DNA from: Candidatus Kapaibacterium sp. | GTDB taxonomy: Bacteria > Bacteroidota > Ignavibacteria > Kapaibacteriales > UBA2268 | NCBI GenBank assembly: GCA_023957315.1 | Contig: JAMLHE010000005.1 | Location: 169,132-233,131, forward strand | Direction of reading: 5' to 3' | DNA: 64,000 nt | Shown here: piece after piece, positions 1 through 9,467 of the stretch | How positions within the stretch are numbered: the stretch's first letter is position 1 | Layout: each line of letters starts with the position of its first letter | The notes under the pieces: generated by a model | Databases searched by the model: none | Seen by the model: the letters and a program-made list of their open reading frames with translations, nothing else | What the model was told of the DNA's origin: nothing | Position numbers and translations under genes: made by a program

Positions 1-2370
1 TACTTGACAATAGTCAAGGGTTGTGTTTTGCTGATTCTACCGTCTGAAACTGTAATGTAATAAGCTCCTGATGCCAAATTCTCGATTGGGAGCGACAAAT
101 TAATCATATTATTTGCAGGAATAATATTTTCCGACGAAAATACAAATTGACCGAATTGGTTAAATATATCCACTCTGATATTCGACATATTGTACCTATC
201 ATCTTTTAGAACAATAGCCAGACTACCGTTTGTTGGATTAGGATAAATCAAATCATTATTGTTGCTTCTCGGATTCGTTTCAACAGATGAGGGAGAAACA
301 TTTATAAAAATAACTTCGCTTGAGTATGACCCGTCAGATTCATATGGTGTGACGAAAAGTGCTGATATTGGATCATCAAACCCCATTGCAACTTCGACTT
401 GTTCAATTTTGTGTCTGAGGGGAAGAACTTTATCTAGATAAGCTTGTCCATTAAATTCGTCTATATGGAAAGTCCTGACATCACTATTATAAGTAGGTAC
501 TAAAAGAACATCGAATATAGCGTATGGTTTACCGGGATATCCGGCGCCTTGTGTTCCAAGTCTGGTTGAACTAACAGAATTATCACTAAGTAAAAGTTGA
601 TGCAAAGAATAATCACCTTTTGAAGTGACAAAAAGAGATTGCAATATTGGTGAAAAAGTCAAATGATTTGCATTCAATCCGACATCAACAGTATTATCAA
701 GTGTAAAATATTCCATATGCTTAATTGCTCCAAACATCAATTGAGATTCTGAACCCGATTCATCTTTGTCAGTCAATACAGCCATACTTATGATTGGCTT
801 AGGATTCCCTTCTTCAAAATGAGGATAATACTTGAGGTCGCGAACATTCATACCGGCAAATACTCGTTGCAAAACCATACCCGACTGGGTATTAATCACC
901 AAAATAGAATCTGCACCATCAAATTGGACAGCAGCTAATAAATGACTTCCGGCTAAATCAAGTGCTACTGCATCAATTTGAGCTATTTCGGGGTCATCAA
1001 TTGCGAAATCGTCCAAATTATAAGAAGCGATATAGTTGTTATGAGGAATGTAAATTGTGCGATTTTCGCCATCAATAGCCGGTTTGAATGGCTCTTTCAA
1101 GCTGCCTAAAGGAAAAGTAAATTTATTTGTACTGACGCCTTCCTTATCAATTGTCCACCATGAAGGCGATTGCGAATTGTCACCAAGGCAAAAGACGTGA
1201 TATACTTCCTGCACCTCATCATAATACGAGCCGATTGGTCTAATACCAACTAATGGGAAAGATACACTCTCATCTTCTAAAGGTGAACTGCCTGAATATT
1301 TATTAATAATAATAAACTCTGAGTTTGAATAGAACCAATTATAGGAACTTAACATAAAAAGGAATTCATCATCAAGTAAAACTGTTTCAATTTTGCCTAA
1401 ACCGTTCGATACTACGTCATCTACACAACCTGTTTCGAGATTGATTACACGAGCATCGCCTTGATAAGTGGCTACAAACAATTTACCTTCCGAGACAAAA
1501 ATATCTCTTGGTCCATTGTAAGCTATTGTGCCTGTGTAGAATGTTCTCGTTTCATGAGTTTCAACATCAATCTCGACAACTTTATGCTCTCCATTGACTG
1601 ATACATACAATTTGCCATTATTGAATATCATATGATTCGGATTATTGCCGACAATAACTTCGTTTTCTAATTCAAAATCGGACATATGGCTAATAGGACC
1701 GAATTGGACAACTCCGTTTGCTTCTCCATATGGACCATTGGATAGTATTGCAATTGACAAGCCTGCCGATGATTGGTAGTAAACTGATTGCATTACGTTT
1801 TCTTTAGCAGTAACACTTTGCAAGACTTGGCCTGATGTAGTACTAAATACCTCAAGTTTGCCTACTTGCCCCGCTCCCGGGGTTACGGTCAACAAAAGAT
1901 GTGCACCTGCTATTGAAATAGAAGTAGCATTGATAAAGGCTACTTGGTCATCATGAATATCGAAATCAATCATATCGAAAGCTTTGATGACTCCTTCAAA
2001 CGGTATATAAACTACATCGTTTGCCCAATCGAATCCCGGACGAAAGACTTCGACACCGCTAGGAAATTTGAAAAAAGAGTCAAAGTCAAATTTCTTTTCA
2101 GCTTCGAACGTAGGGTCACCGGCTGATTCAACCTCTTTGATTATCCACCATGAAGGATATTCATCGCCTTCGTCAAGTTGTCCATTGTAATTTTCGTCCT
2201 TGCCTGCGCAAAAGACATGAATCGAACCATCGTTTGGAGATTTAACAATATGAACCGGTGTGAACCCTACTCCAAGCAAACTGTAATAAGAATACCCCTG
2301 TGCTGATAAAGGTGACTCAGATGCAATAAGTATGACCAATATAGCAGCAAAATAATAGAATTTAGCCATA
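1..2370 (-). CDS. Secreted beta-propeller (YVTN-like repeat) protein with T9SS/Por C-terminal sorting domain; 3'-partial (stop lies beyond window start)
   Basis: Manual translation of the minus strand. ATG at 2370-2368 with AGGAG 6 nt upstream, and the frame stays open to the window edge, so it is absent from the ORF track (no in-window stop). Signal peptide MAKFYYFAAILVILIASESPLSAQG. Two homologous halves (PSWWIIKEVE / PSWWTIDKEG; NGKLYV-type propeller repeats). C-terminus ...IYPNPTNGSLAIVL...YYITVSDGRISKTQPLTIVK fits the T9SS CTD pattern. Confidence 0.75.
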
Positions 2371-2499
2371 GTAACTCCTAAAAGTATATATAAAAATTTT
2401 TTCGTAAGAAAAATCGGTAAGTCATTTCGATTTGGCGGTACCAATTTCTCATTACGTTTGTTTACGCAAACGCTGTGTCAAATTACACTCCAATGAGTA

Positions 2500-2645
2500 T
2501 CGTCGAGTCTGTCTTCTGGCTTCGGTATCAACCTTTGCAACTTGCCTTCCCACCTAATCCGGTAGTGGCTGTCTTCCGACATAAGTTGCATCGTACTCCG
2601 TTACAGCGGCGTAACCGCACAGGATTCTCACCTGTTTCCTAAAAC
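2500..2645 (-). promoter_or_regulatory. Cobalamin (AdoCbl) riboswitch, oriented toward the gene starting at 2370 (minus)
   Basis: The minus-strand RNA reads AGGAAAC-AGGUGAGAAUCC-UGU-GCGGUUACGCCGC-UGUAACGG ... GCCACUACC (B12 box) ... GGUGGGAAGGC. Order and spacing match the cobalamin riboswitch consensus (AGGGAA / GGUGnnAAnUCC / GCGGnCCGC-ACUGUaA / GCCACUG / GGGAAGGC). The plus-strand coordinates of these blocks are 2634-2640, 2622-2632, 2598-2610, 2561-2569 and 2544-2551. Confidence 0.7.
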
Positions 2646-2827
2646 ATTTTCATGCTTTTTCACTCAACGACGCATACAAATATAATCAAAATTGTAATTT
2701 TTTCGACTTTAATTTGTTTATTACAATATGAAATGTGCAAATTTTTCTTTTGGTTATGTAAAGAAATGCACTTATTTTGAAATTTGCTAAATTTGAAAAT
2801 GAAGTTTTTAATTTTAATGGTAACAAT

Positions 2828-5608
2828 ATGAAACAATATGTCGTTTATTCTCGAATTATTTCTCTAATACTAACATTTATTTTACTCAGCTTACCCTCTT
2901 ACGCCAAAAAGCCGTTTACATTAGACGATGCGATGAAATTCAAGTCACTCCACAGTCCGGTTATCAGCGAAAACGGTTTTTGGGTGGCATATCACGTCTC
3001 ACCTGACAGAGGCGACCCAATCGGCTACATTCAATCCACAACTGATTCATCAAAATTTGAAATCGAAAGAGCCACTCGACCGGTTTTTTCACGTGACGAT
3101 GTCTATACAGGCTTTACGTGGGTGCCAAAATCACTCGAAGTGGAGAATGCAAAAACACCCAAAGACAAGCCCAAAAATGGCTTTGTATTAGTTAAAAATA
3201 CGACCGGAAGGATTGACAAAATCAAAGATGTCAAAAGTTTCGAGTTTTCCGAAGATTCAAAGTGGTGTGTATATCACAAGTTTGGGGATGAAGATAAAAA
3301 AAGCGAAAAATTGAAAAAGAAGCCAATTGGCTCTGAACTTGTGATTAGGCACTTATTCTCACAAACTGAAATTCGGGTGGATTACGTTACCGAATATGCT
3401 TTGGATAGTGCTGGCACATACATTTTTTATAGTGTTTCATCACCTGATGGCGAACGTGACGGCTTATACTTGCGGAGACTTCTCGAAGTATTTGCACCGG
3501 AATTTGCTGTAAACAAAGCCGAAAACACACTCTATTCGGGATTGGCATGGACTCCCCATACCAAAGCATTGGGATATATTTCCTCAACATTGACGACTGA
3601 AGGTGTTCCCAAAGAAGGCACTTTGATGATTTGGGAAGAAATCAGGGCTCAACAATATCAAATTGCTGTGACCCCTCAAACTGCTCCAAAGGGTTGGTAT
3701 ATACCATACAATAACAAAACCAAATGGAGCGATGATGGTCTGAGTCTTTTCATCGGGCTAAAACCTGATGCCGAGCGTGACACAATCGAAACTAAAGCAA
3801 TCATCTACACTGATGACTCTTTCTACAACATTGATTCGGTATTGACTAAATCTTCGGAGTTCATCTGGCATTGGGATGACCCACTTATCAGCTCCAATCA
3901 AGTTAATTGGTGGAATAAGAGCAAGGATAGAACTTTTACATCAGTGTATAATCTCCGTTCAAAAAGGTTCTTCCAACTGGCAGATTCGTCTTGCAATAAT
4001 GTCGTTGCTGCCGACAATTCAATTTACACAATTGGCTACGACAACACTCCTTACCAAAAGGAAATCACCTACAAGGGCTGGTTTTTCGATTTGTATGTAT
4101 TCAATTTGCAAACAGGAACCAAGAAAAAAATAGCGACAAGACTTGCCGAACAAGCATATTTGTCACCTCAAGGAAAACATGTATTGTTTTTCCAAAATAA
4201 ACATTGGCATATTTATGACACAAATAAAGATTCTTTAGCAAACATAACTATAAATGTCCCTATACCATTTTATGATGTTGACAACGATATTCCTGCCGAA
4301 GCCGGCAGCTACGGTATTGGAGGTTGGTTTCAAGATGACAATTATGTTTTGATCAACGAAAAATATGATTTCTACAAATTTTTCACTACAGATCCGGGTT
4401 CATTCATAAATATGTCTGGAACTTACGGACGCAAAAATCAACTACAATACCGATATACAAATTTAGACCCGAGAAATAAAGCTATATTGAATAAAGATAC
4501 CTTTTACGTGCATGTGTATTCGGAAAAGTCCAAATCTACAAACATGTTCTTTTTCGAGGAGCATATTGCAGGTGGTATCAACGTTACAACAGAAACCGGA
4601 AGGGGATTTTACGAGGAAAAGACATTCAAAATCCTTGGCAGGTCAAAAAATAACAAGTTGATTTTCTCACGAGAAAGTTTTGACGAATTTCCCGATATTT
4701 GGTTTACTGATAATCCAATGCTTGACAATCCAATAAGAATCACTGATATTAATCCTCAGATGAAGGATTTAAAATGGGGTACAACAGAAATTGTGAGATG
4801 GGTCTCACCACTGGGAGATTCATTAGATGGGTATATTATCAAACCCGACAATTTCGACCCCAAAAAGAAATATCCTGTGCTTGTGTATTATTACGAGCGA
4901 TTTTCTTCGAGAACATTTACATTTTACCAACCGCGAGTAAATCATCGCCCGATTTATCAATTATATCTGTCTGACGATTACTTAGTCTTTGTACCGGATG
5001 TTGTTTACAAAACGGGACGCCCGGGATATGATGCAACCGATGCTATTCTTTCGGGACTCAAAGTGCTGATTGACCGTGGAATTGCTGACCCCGATAGACT
5101 TTGTATTCAAGGGCATTCATGGGCAGGATACCAAACAGCATTTGTTATCACCCAAACGGATATGTTCAAAGCTGCGTCAGCAGGAGCTCCTGTAGGCAAT
5201 ATGACGAGTGCTTATAGTCAGATAAGAACCGAAAGCGGGCTTGCCCGACAATTCCAATACGAATCTCAGCAAAGCCGTATCGGTGGGAACTTGTGGGATT
5301 CTTTGGATGCTTATATGAATAATTCACCAGTGTTTCTTGCCCCAAAAATCAACACGCCTCTATTGATTTTACATGGAAACGAAGATGAAGCAGTCCCTTT
5401 TTCGCAAGGGGTAGAAATGTATCTTGCACTCAGAAGATTAGACAAACCTTGTGTGCTCGTAGAATACAACAAAGAGCCTCACCATCCAAGAAAATACGAA
5501 AACAAATTGGATTGGCAAATTAAAATGAAAGAGTGGTTCGACCACTACGTTTTGGGCAAAGAAGCTCCGAAATGGATTAAAGACGGCAAACCGTATTACG
5601 GGAAATAG
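2828..5608 (+). CDS. Prolyl oligopeptidase family (S9) serine peptidase with N-terminal beta-propeller, secreted
   Basis: C-terminal alpha/beta-hydrolase domain with GHSWAGY (GxSxG nucleophile), LHGNEDEAVPF (Asp) and EPHHP (His). Track ORF starts at 2777, but the signal peptide MKQYVVYSRIISLILTFILLSLPSYA begins at the ATG at 2828, which is the more likely start. Confidence 0.85.
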   Translation: MKQYVVYSRIISLILTFILLSLPSYAKKPFTLDDAMKFKSLHSPVISENGFWVAYHVSPDRGDPIGYIQSTTDSSKFEIERATRPVFSRDDVYTGFTWVPKSLEVENAKTPKDKPKNGFVLVKNTTGRIDKIKDVKSFEFSEDSKWCVYHKFGDEDKKSEKLKKKPIGSELVIRHLFSQTEIRVDYVTEYALDSAGTYIFYSVSSPDGERDGLYLRRLLEVFAPEFAVNKAENTLYSGLAWTPHTKALGYISSTLTTEGVPKEGTLMIWEEIRAQQYQIAVTPQTAPKGWYIPYNNKTKWSDDGLSLFIGLKPDAERDTIETKAIIYTDDSFYNIDSVLTKSSEFIWHWDDPLISSNQVNWWNKSKDRTFTSVYNLRSKRFFQLADSSCNNVVAADNSIYTIGYDNTPYQKEITYKGWFFDLYVFNLQTGTKKKIATRLAEQAYLSPQGKHVLFFQNKHWHIYDTNKDSLANITINVPIPFYDVDNDIPAEAGSYGIGGWFQDDNYVLINEKYDFYKFFTTDPGSFINMSGTYGRKNQLQYRYTNLDPRNKAILNKDTFYVHVYSEKSKSTNMFFFEEHIAGGINVTTETGRGFYEEKTFKILGRSKNNKLIFSRESFDEFPDIWFTDNPMLDNPIRITDINPQMKDLKWGTTEIVRWVSPLGDSLDGYIIKPDNFDPKKKYPVLVYYYERFSSRTFTFYQPRVNHRPIYQLYLSDDYLVFVPDVVYKTGRPGYDATDAILSGLKVLIDRGIADPDRLCIQGHSWAGYQTAFVITQTDMFKAASAGAPVGNMTSAYSQIRTESGLARQFQYESQQSRIGGNLWDSLDAYMNNSPVFLAPKINTPLLILHGNEDEAVPFSQGVEMYLALRRLDKPCVLVEYNKEPHHPRKYENKLDWQIKMKEWFDHYVLGKEAPKWIKDGKPYYGK

Positions 5609-5609
5609 T

Positions 5610-6110
5610 GTGAATACAAAAGCAAGCGAATACATCGAAGCTCTCAATATGCAAAAACATATTGAGGGCGGATATTTTGTCGAGACATTTAAGTCGCAAT
5701 ATTCCGTATCATCTGAAGATTTGCCTGATGGCTTTACCGGAAAACGGAGTTTGATGACATCAATTTATTTCCTATTGGAAGGCAATGATATTTCCAAATT
5801 ACACAGAGTGCGTGGAGATGAAATTTGGTTCTTCCATGACGGCTCACCGGCAATTATTGAAATAATCAATCCAAATGGGAAAGTAGATAAAATGATACTT
5901 GGCACTGATGTCAAATCAGGGCAATTGCCACAGATAGTCATTCCGGCAGACACATGGTTTACTGCAAAAATAGCCGATGAAGACAGCTTCGTACTGATTG
6001 CGTGTACAGTAGCTCCCGGGTTTGAATATGTTGATTTTGAACTTGCTGACCCCGAAAAACTCATTCTTGAATTTCCTCATTTGAAAGAAATTATTTTAAA
6101 ATCAACGTAA
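5610..6110 (+). CDS. Cupin-fold protein, DUF985 family
   Basis: HIEGGYFVETFKS motif near the N-terminus is typical of DUF985 cupins; 166 aa; 1-nt spacing from the upstream gene. Confidence 0.6.
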   Translation: MNTKASEYIEALNMQKHIEGGYFVETFKSQYSVSSEDLPDGFTGKRSLMTSIYFLLEGNDISKLHRVRGDEIWFFHDGSPAIIEIINPNGKVDKMILGTDVKSGQLPQIVIPADTWFTAKIADEDSFVLIACTVAPGFEYVDFELADPEKLILEFPHLKEIILKST

Positions 6111-6124
6111 ACGGAGTTTATAAA

Positions 6125-7252
6125 ATGGATTTGGAAGTCAAAATAGTTAAAACAAAATCAGATTTGGTGAAATTCATCAAATCTCAATGGAATTTTTATC
6201 ATAACGACAAATACTTCATACCGCCAATAATTGCCGACAGAATCAAACTGCTCAGTAAGGATAAAAATCCGTTCTTCAAACATGCCGAAATGGAGTTGTT
6301 CATGGTCGAATCCGACGGCAAAGTGCTTGGTAGAATTGGAGCAATCAAAAACGACAATCACAATCTTGTTCACGAAGATAAAATGGGCTTCTTTGGATTC
6401 TTCGAGTGCATTGATAACCAAGAAGTAGCAGATTTGTTATTCGCACAAGCGGCGAATTGGCTCAAATCGAAAGGGTTGACTCATGCGAGAGGACCGCTAA
6501 ATCCATCAATTAATGATGAAATAGGAACATTGATTGAAGGATTTGACGACAGTCCGCAGATACTAATGCCTTATAATCCTCGATATTATCCGAAAATAAT
6601 AGAAAACGCGGGATTCGCCAAAGTGAAGGATTTATTTGCTTACCAGTTGCATTATAGGGATTTCGCAACTGATAAGATGAAGAGATTGCAAGGACTTTTG
6701 CGTGAAAAGTATAAAGTCACAGTAAGAGAAGTGAATTTTAAAAATAAAAAGCAATTTCTTGAAGATATTGAAACACTCAAAGTAATCTATAATCAAGCTT
6801 GGCAACCAAATTGGGGTGCTGTGAAGATGACTGATGATGAATTCGACTTTTTGGCTTCAGATTTGAAACCAATAGCACAACAAAGTTTAGTATTCATTAT
6901 TGATGTCAAGGGCAAACCGGCAGGTTTTCATATTGCGCTGCCCGATTTGAATCAAGTGTTTAAATACAATCGTAGTGGAAGTATGATTGGTGCTATTTGG
7001 CATATGTTGACTAAAAAACGCAGAATCAATAGAGTGCGAATCATGGTGTTGGGCGTTTTACCCGAATTTCAGAAGCTCGGACTTGACGCAATATTATATT
7101 ACGAATCGGGCGAAAGAGCCGACAAATTGAAGTTGAACGACGCAGAAGCATCATGGATTTTGGAAGATAACGAGATGATGAACAAAGGTTTGACTACTTC
7201 AATGAACGGAAAAGTTTACAAAAAATATCGCGTTTACGAGAAAGCACTTTGA
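6125..7252 (+). CDS. GNAT-fold N-acyltransferase-like protein (uncharacterized)
   Basis: 375 aa. Its size and pattern (GFFGFFECID, IMVLGVLPEFQKLGLD acyl-CoA-binding-like segment) resemble large GNAT/FemAB-like acyltransferases. Function not assignable. Confidence 0.4.
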   Translation: MDLEVKIVKTKSDLVKFIKSQWNFYHNDKYFIPPIIADRIKLLSKDKNPFFKHAEMELFMVESDGKVLGRIGAIKNDNHNLVHEDKMGFFGFFECIDNQEVADLLFAQAANWLKSKGLTHARGPLNPSINDEIGTLIEGFDDSPQILMPYNPRYYPKIIENAGFAKVKDLFAYQLHYRDFATDKMKRLQGLLREKYKVTVREVNFKNKKQFLEDIETLKVIYNQAWQPNWGAVKMTDDEFDFLASDLKPIAQQSLVFIIDVKGKPAGFHIALPDLNQVFKYNRSGSMIGAIWHMLTKKRRINRVRIMVLGVLPEFQKLGLDAILYYESGERADKLKLNDAEASWILEDNEMMNKGLTTSMNGKVYKKYRVYEKAL

Positions 7253-7347
7253 TTTTAATTTGCAATACAATCAATGATGATTATAATTTAGAAGGATTGA
7301 TTCGTCTATTAATTTTATTACTAAATGAGAATAAGACAGAAGAATAA

Positions 7348-9444
7348 ATGAATTTTCTGAATCCTTTGATTTTAATAGGCCTTGTAGCAGCAGGTATCCC
7401 ATTACTACTACATCTTTTGAATCTCCGTAAGTTAAAGACGGTGGACTTTTCTACGTTAAAATTTATCAAAGAGCTCCAAAAGACAAAAATTCGCAAACTC
7501 AAACTGAAACAAATTCTGTTGCTGATTCTTCGTACTTTAATTATCATTTTTGCAGTTTTAGCATTTGCCAGACCAACTATCGAAGGTACTCTCCCCTTTT
7601 TTGAATCATATGCCAAATCGAGCGTAGTCATCATCGTTGATAATTCATTTAGTATGGATATATCGGATGAATACGGCAATAGATTGAATCAGGCGAAAAA
7701 TGCAGTTCGAGCACTGATGCAAAACATGAACGAAGGTGATGAAATTGCACTTTTCGAAATGGCAAACAATCAATTCGACGTACTTAACTCCTTTGCGACC
7801 AGCACAGAACTAATCGAATCAAATTTGAATAATATCAAAATCACACCACTTCCGGCAAAGTTGGATAATAGTCTTAAATTTGCCCAAATAATATTGGAAG
7901 ATGCAAAAAATTTGAACAAAGAAATTTTCATAATCTCAGACTTCCAATCAAATGTGTTTGAAACATCAGAGTTTGATTCTATCAAGATGAAAGACCCGTC
8001 AGTGAGCTTCTTTTTAATCCCTGTCGGGGCAAATTCCAAAGCATCGTTGAATAATTTGAGCATAGATTCGCTAAACCTTTTGAGCAGTATATTCGTTCCA
8101 AATCGTCCCGTAGAAGTCGAAGCATACATTCGCAATAGCTCAAATACGGACATAAAGGGCGCTGTAGTCAGCATGATGTACAATGACCAACGTGTGGCTC
8201 AGCGTGCGATTGACGTTCCGGCAGGAAAAAGTATTGCGGTTGCAATTGCAGCTCCACCTCAAAATCGCGGACCAATCAAAGCAACTATAATGACCGAGAA
8301 TGATGTACTGGATTATGATAATACGAATTTCTTCGGTTTTCATATTCCCGAATCACCCCGAATTTTGATTGCAGGTGACCCAACGGATGTGTTCTTTGTC
8401 GAAAATGTATTGAGAGCATCTGACGAAAAAAATGAAACTTCGCTTACAGTAGTGAGTCCACAGTTGTTTGCATCTCAAAACCTCGTCTCTTTTGACTTGG
8501 TGATTTTAGCAGGTGGCGATTATGCAAGAGCCGATTTTGACCGAATTACGCAATATGTCGAAAATGGCGGTGCGGCTATGGTTTTCCCTGTGAATGTTCA
8601 AAATATGGCAGATTTATCTTATTTCACATCAAAGCTCGGATTGGGAAATTCAACTGAAATAGTTTTTGAATCAAGCAAACCGGGACGCTTTACTATAGTC
8701 GAATCATCGCATCCGATTTTTGATAATGTGTTCAAAAAAGATGAATCAGAGGCGAAAAATGTTGAATCTCCAAAAATTTACAGAACAGTGAAAGTTGACG
8801 GTGGCAGAACGATTATCAAATCTACCGATGGCGTATTTTTCGTAGAAAATGAAGTTGGCGATGGCAAAGTTTACTACTTCGGAGTAAAACCCACAACACA
8901 ATGGAGCGATTTCCCATTTGTAGGAATTTTTCCGGCATTGATACACCGCAGTATGATATTACTTACATCATCATCGGACAAAGCGATTGAATCAATTATT
9001 GGCAGTTCGGCGAATATAATTATACCCAAGAGATATGCGGGAACTAATCGCTTCAGAATCGTTGACCCGAATGGGAACGAATTTTTCCGTGATGTAGTCA
9101 ATTTACCATCCGGTGCGGTAGTCTCGCTCGAAAACATGACTGTCAAAGGGCTTTATCAAATTTTTGATGAAAAAGGTAACTTTATAACCCAAATTGCCGT
9201 CAATCATAATAGTACAGAATCCGAAATTATGAAGACTGATATGACAAAAATTTCCGGTCAGGTACGCACAAGATTGCTTGCAAACAATAATTTGAATATT
9301 ATTGAAGATATTGATGAAATAGACCAAGGGCTCAGCCAAGCGAGGGTCGGTACAGAATTATGGCAATTATTTTTGTTACTGACTTTGATTACAGCCGTTA
9401 TAGAGATGTTAGTGGCGAGAGTAACTAAAAATGAACAAGTTTAG
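7348..9444 (+). CDS. BatA-like vWA-domain membrane protein (N-terminal double-TM domain, C-terminal TM)
   Basis: N-terminus MNFLNPLILIGLVAAGIPLLLHLLNLRK matches the BatA/N-terminal double-transmembrane domain. vWA MIDAS-like VVIIVDNSFSMD. C-terminal hydrophobic anchor. Confidence 0.7.
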   Translation: MNFLNPLILIGLVAAGIPLLLHLLNLRKLKTVDFSTLKFIKELQKTKIRKLKLKQILLLILRTLIIIFAVLAFARPTIEGTLPFFESYAKSSVVIIVDNSFSMDISDEYGNRLNQAKNAVRALMQNMNEGDEIALFEMANNQFDVLNSFATSTELIESNLNNIKITPLPAKLDNSLKFAQIILEDAKNLNKEIFIISDFQSNVFETSEFDSIKMKDPSVSFFLIPVGANSKASLNNLSIDSLNLLSSIFVPNRPVEVEAYIRNSSNTDIKGAVVSMMYNDQRVAQRAIDVPAGKSIAVAIAAPPQNRGPIKATIMTENDVLDYDNTNFFGFHIPESPRILIAGDPTDVFFVENVLRASDEKNETSLTVVSPQLFASQNLVSFDLVILAGGDYARADFDRITQYVENGGAAMVFPVNVQNMADLSYFTSKLGLGNSTEIVFESSKPGRFTIVESSHPIFDNVFKKDESEAKNVESPKIYRTVKVDGGRTIIKSTDGVFFVENEVGDGKVYYFGVKPTTQWSDFPFVGIFPALIHRSMILLTSSSDKAIESIIGSSANIIIPKRYAGTNRFRIVDPNGNEFFRDVVNLPSGAVVSLENMTVKGLYQIFDEKGNFITQIAVNHNSTESEIMKTDMTKISGQVRTRLLANNNLNIIEDIDEIDQGLSQARVGTELWQLFLLLTLITAVIEMLVARVTKNEQV

Positions 9445-9467
9445 AAAATAAATTAAATATAAATGGT

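Noticed and set aside
259-2126. Small plus-strand ORFs 259..441 and 1944..2126
   Set aside because: They lie antisense within the long minus-strand beta-propeller gene; they are shadow ORFs with no independent support.
2440-2650. Structured region first considered as SRP RNA (GUC-GGAA-GAC hairpin followed by AGCC) or 6S RNA
   Set aside because: On the minus strand the full ordered set of cobalamin-riboswitch blocks is present (AGGAAAC / GGUGAGAAUCC / GCGG..GCCGCUGUAA / GCCACUACC / GGGAAGGC). This explains the region far better than the short SRP-like motif. Length and context also fit a 5' leader of the gene starting at 2370.
2777-2827. Upstream ATG (2777) as start of the S9 peptidase
   Set aside because: It adds 17 residues before a typical signal peptide that begins at the ATG at 2828; the 2828 start is more consistent with export.
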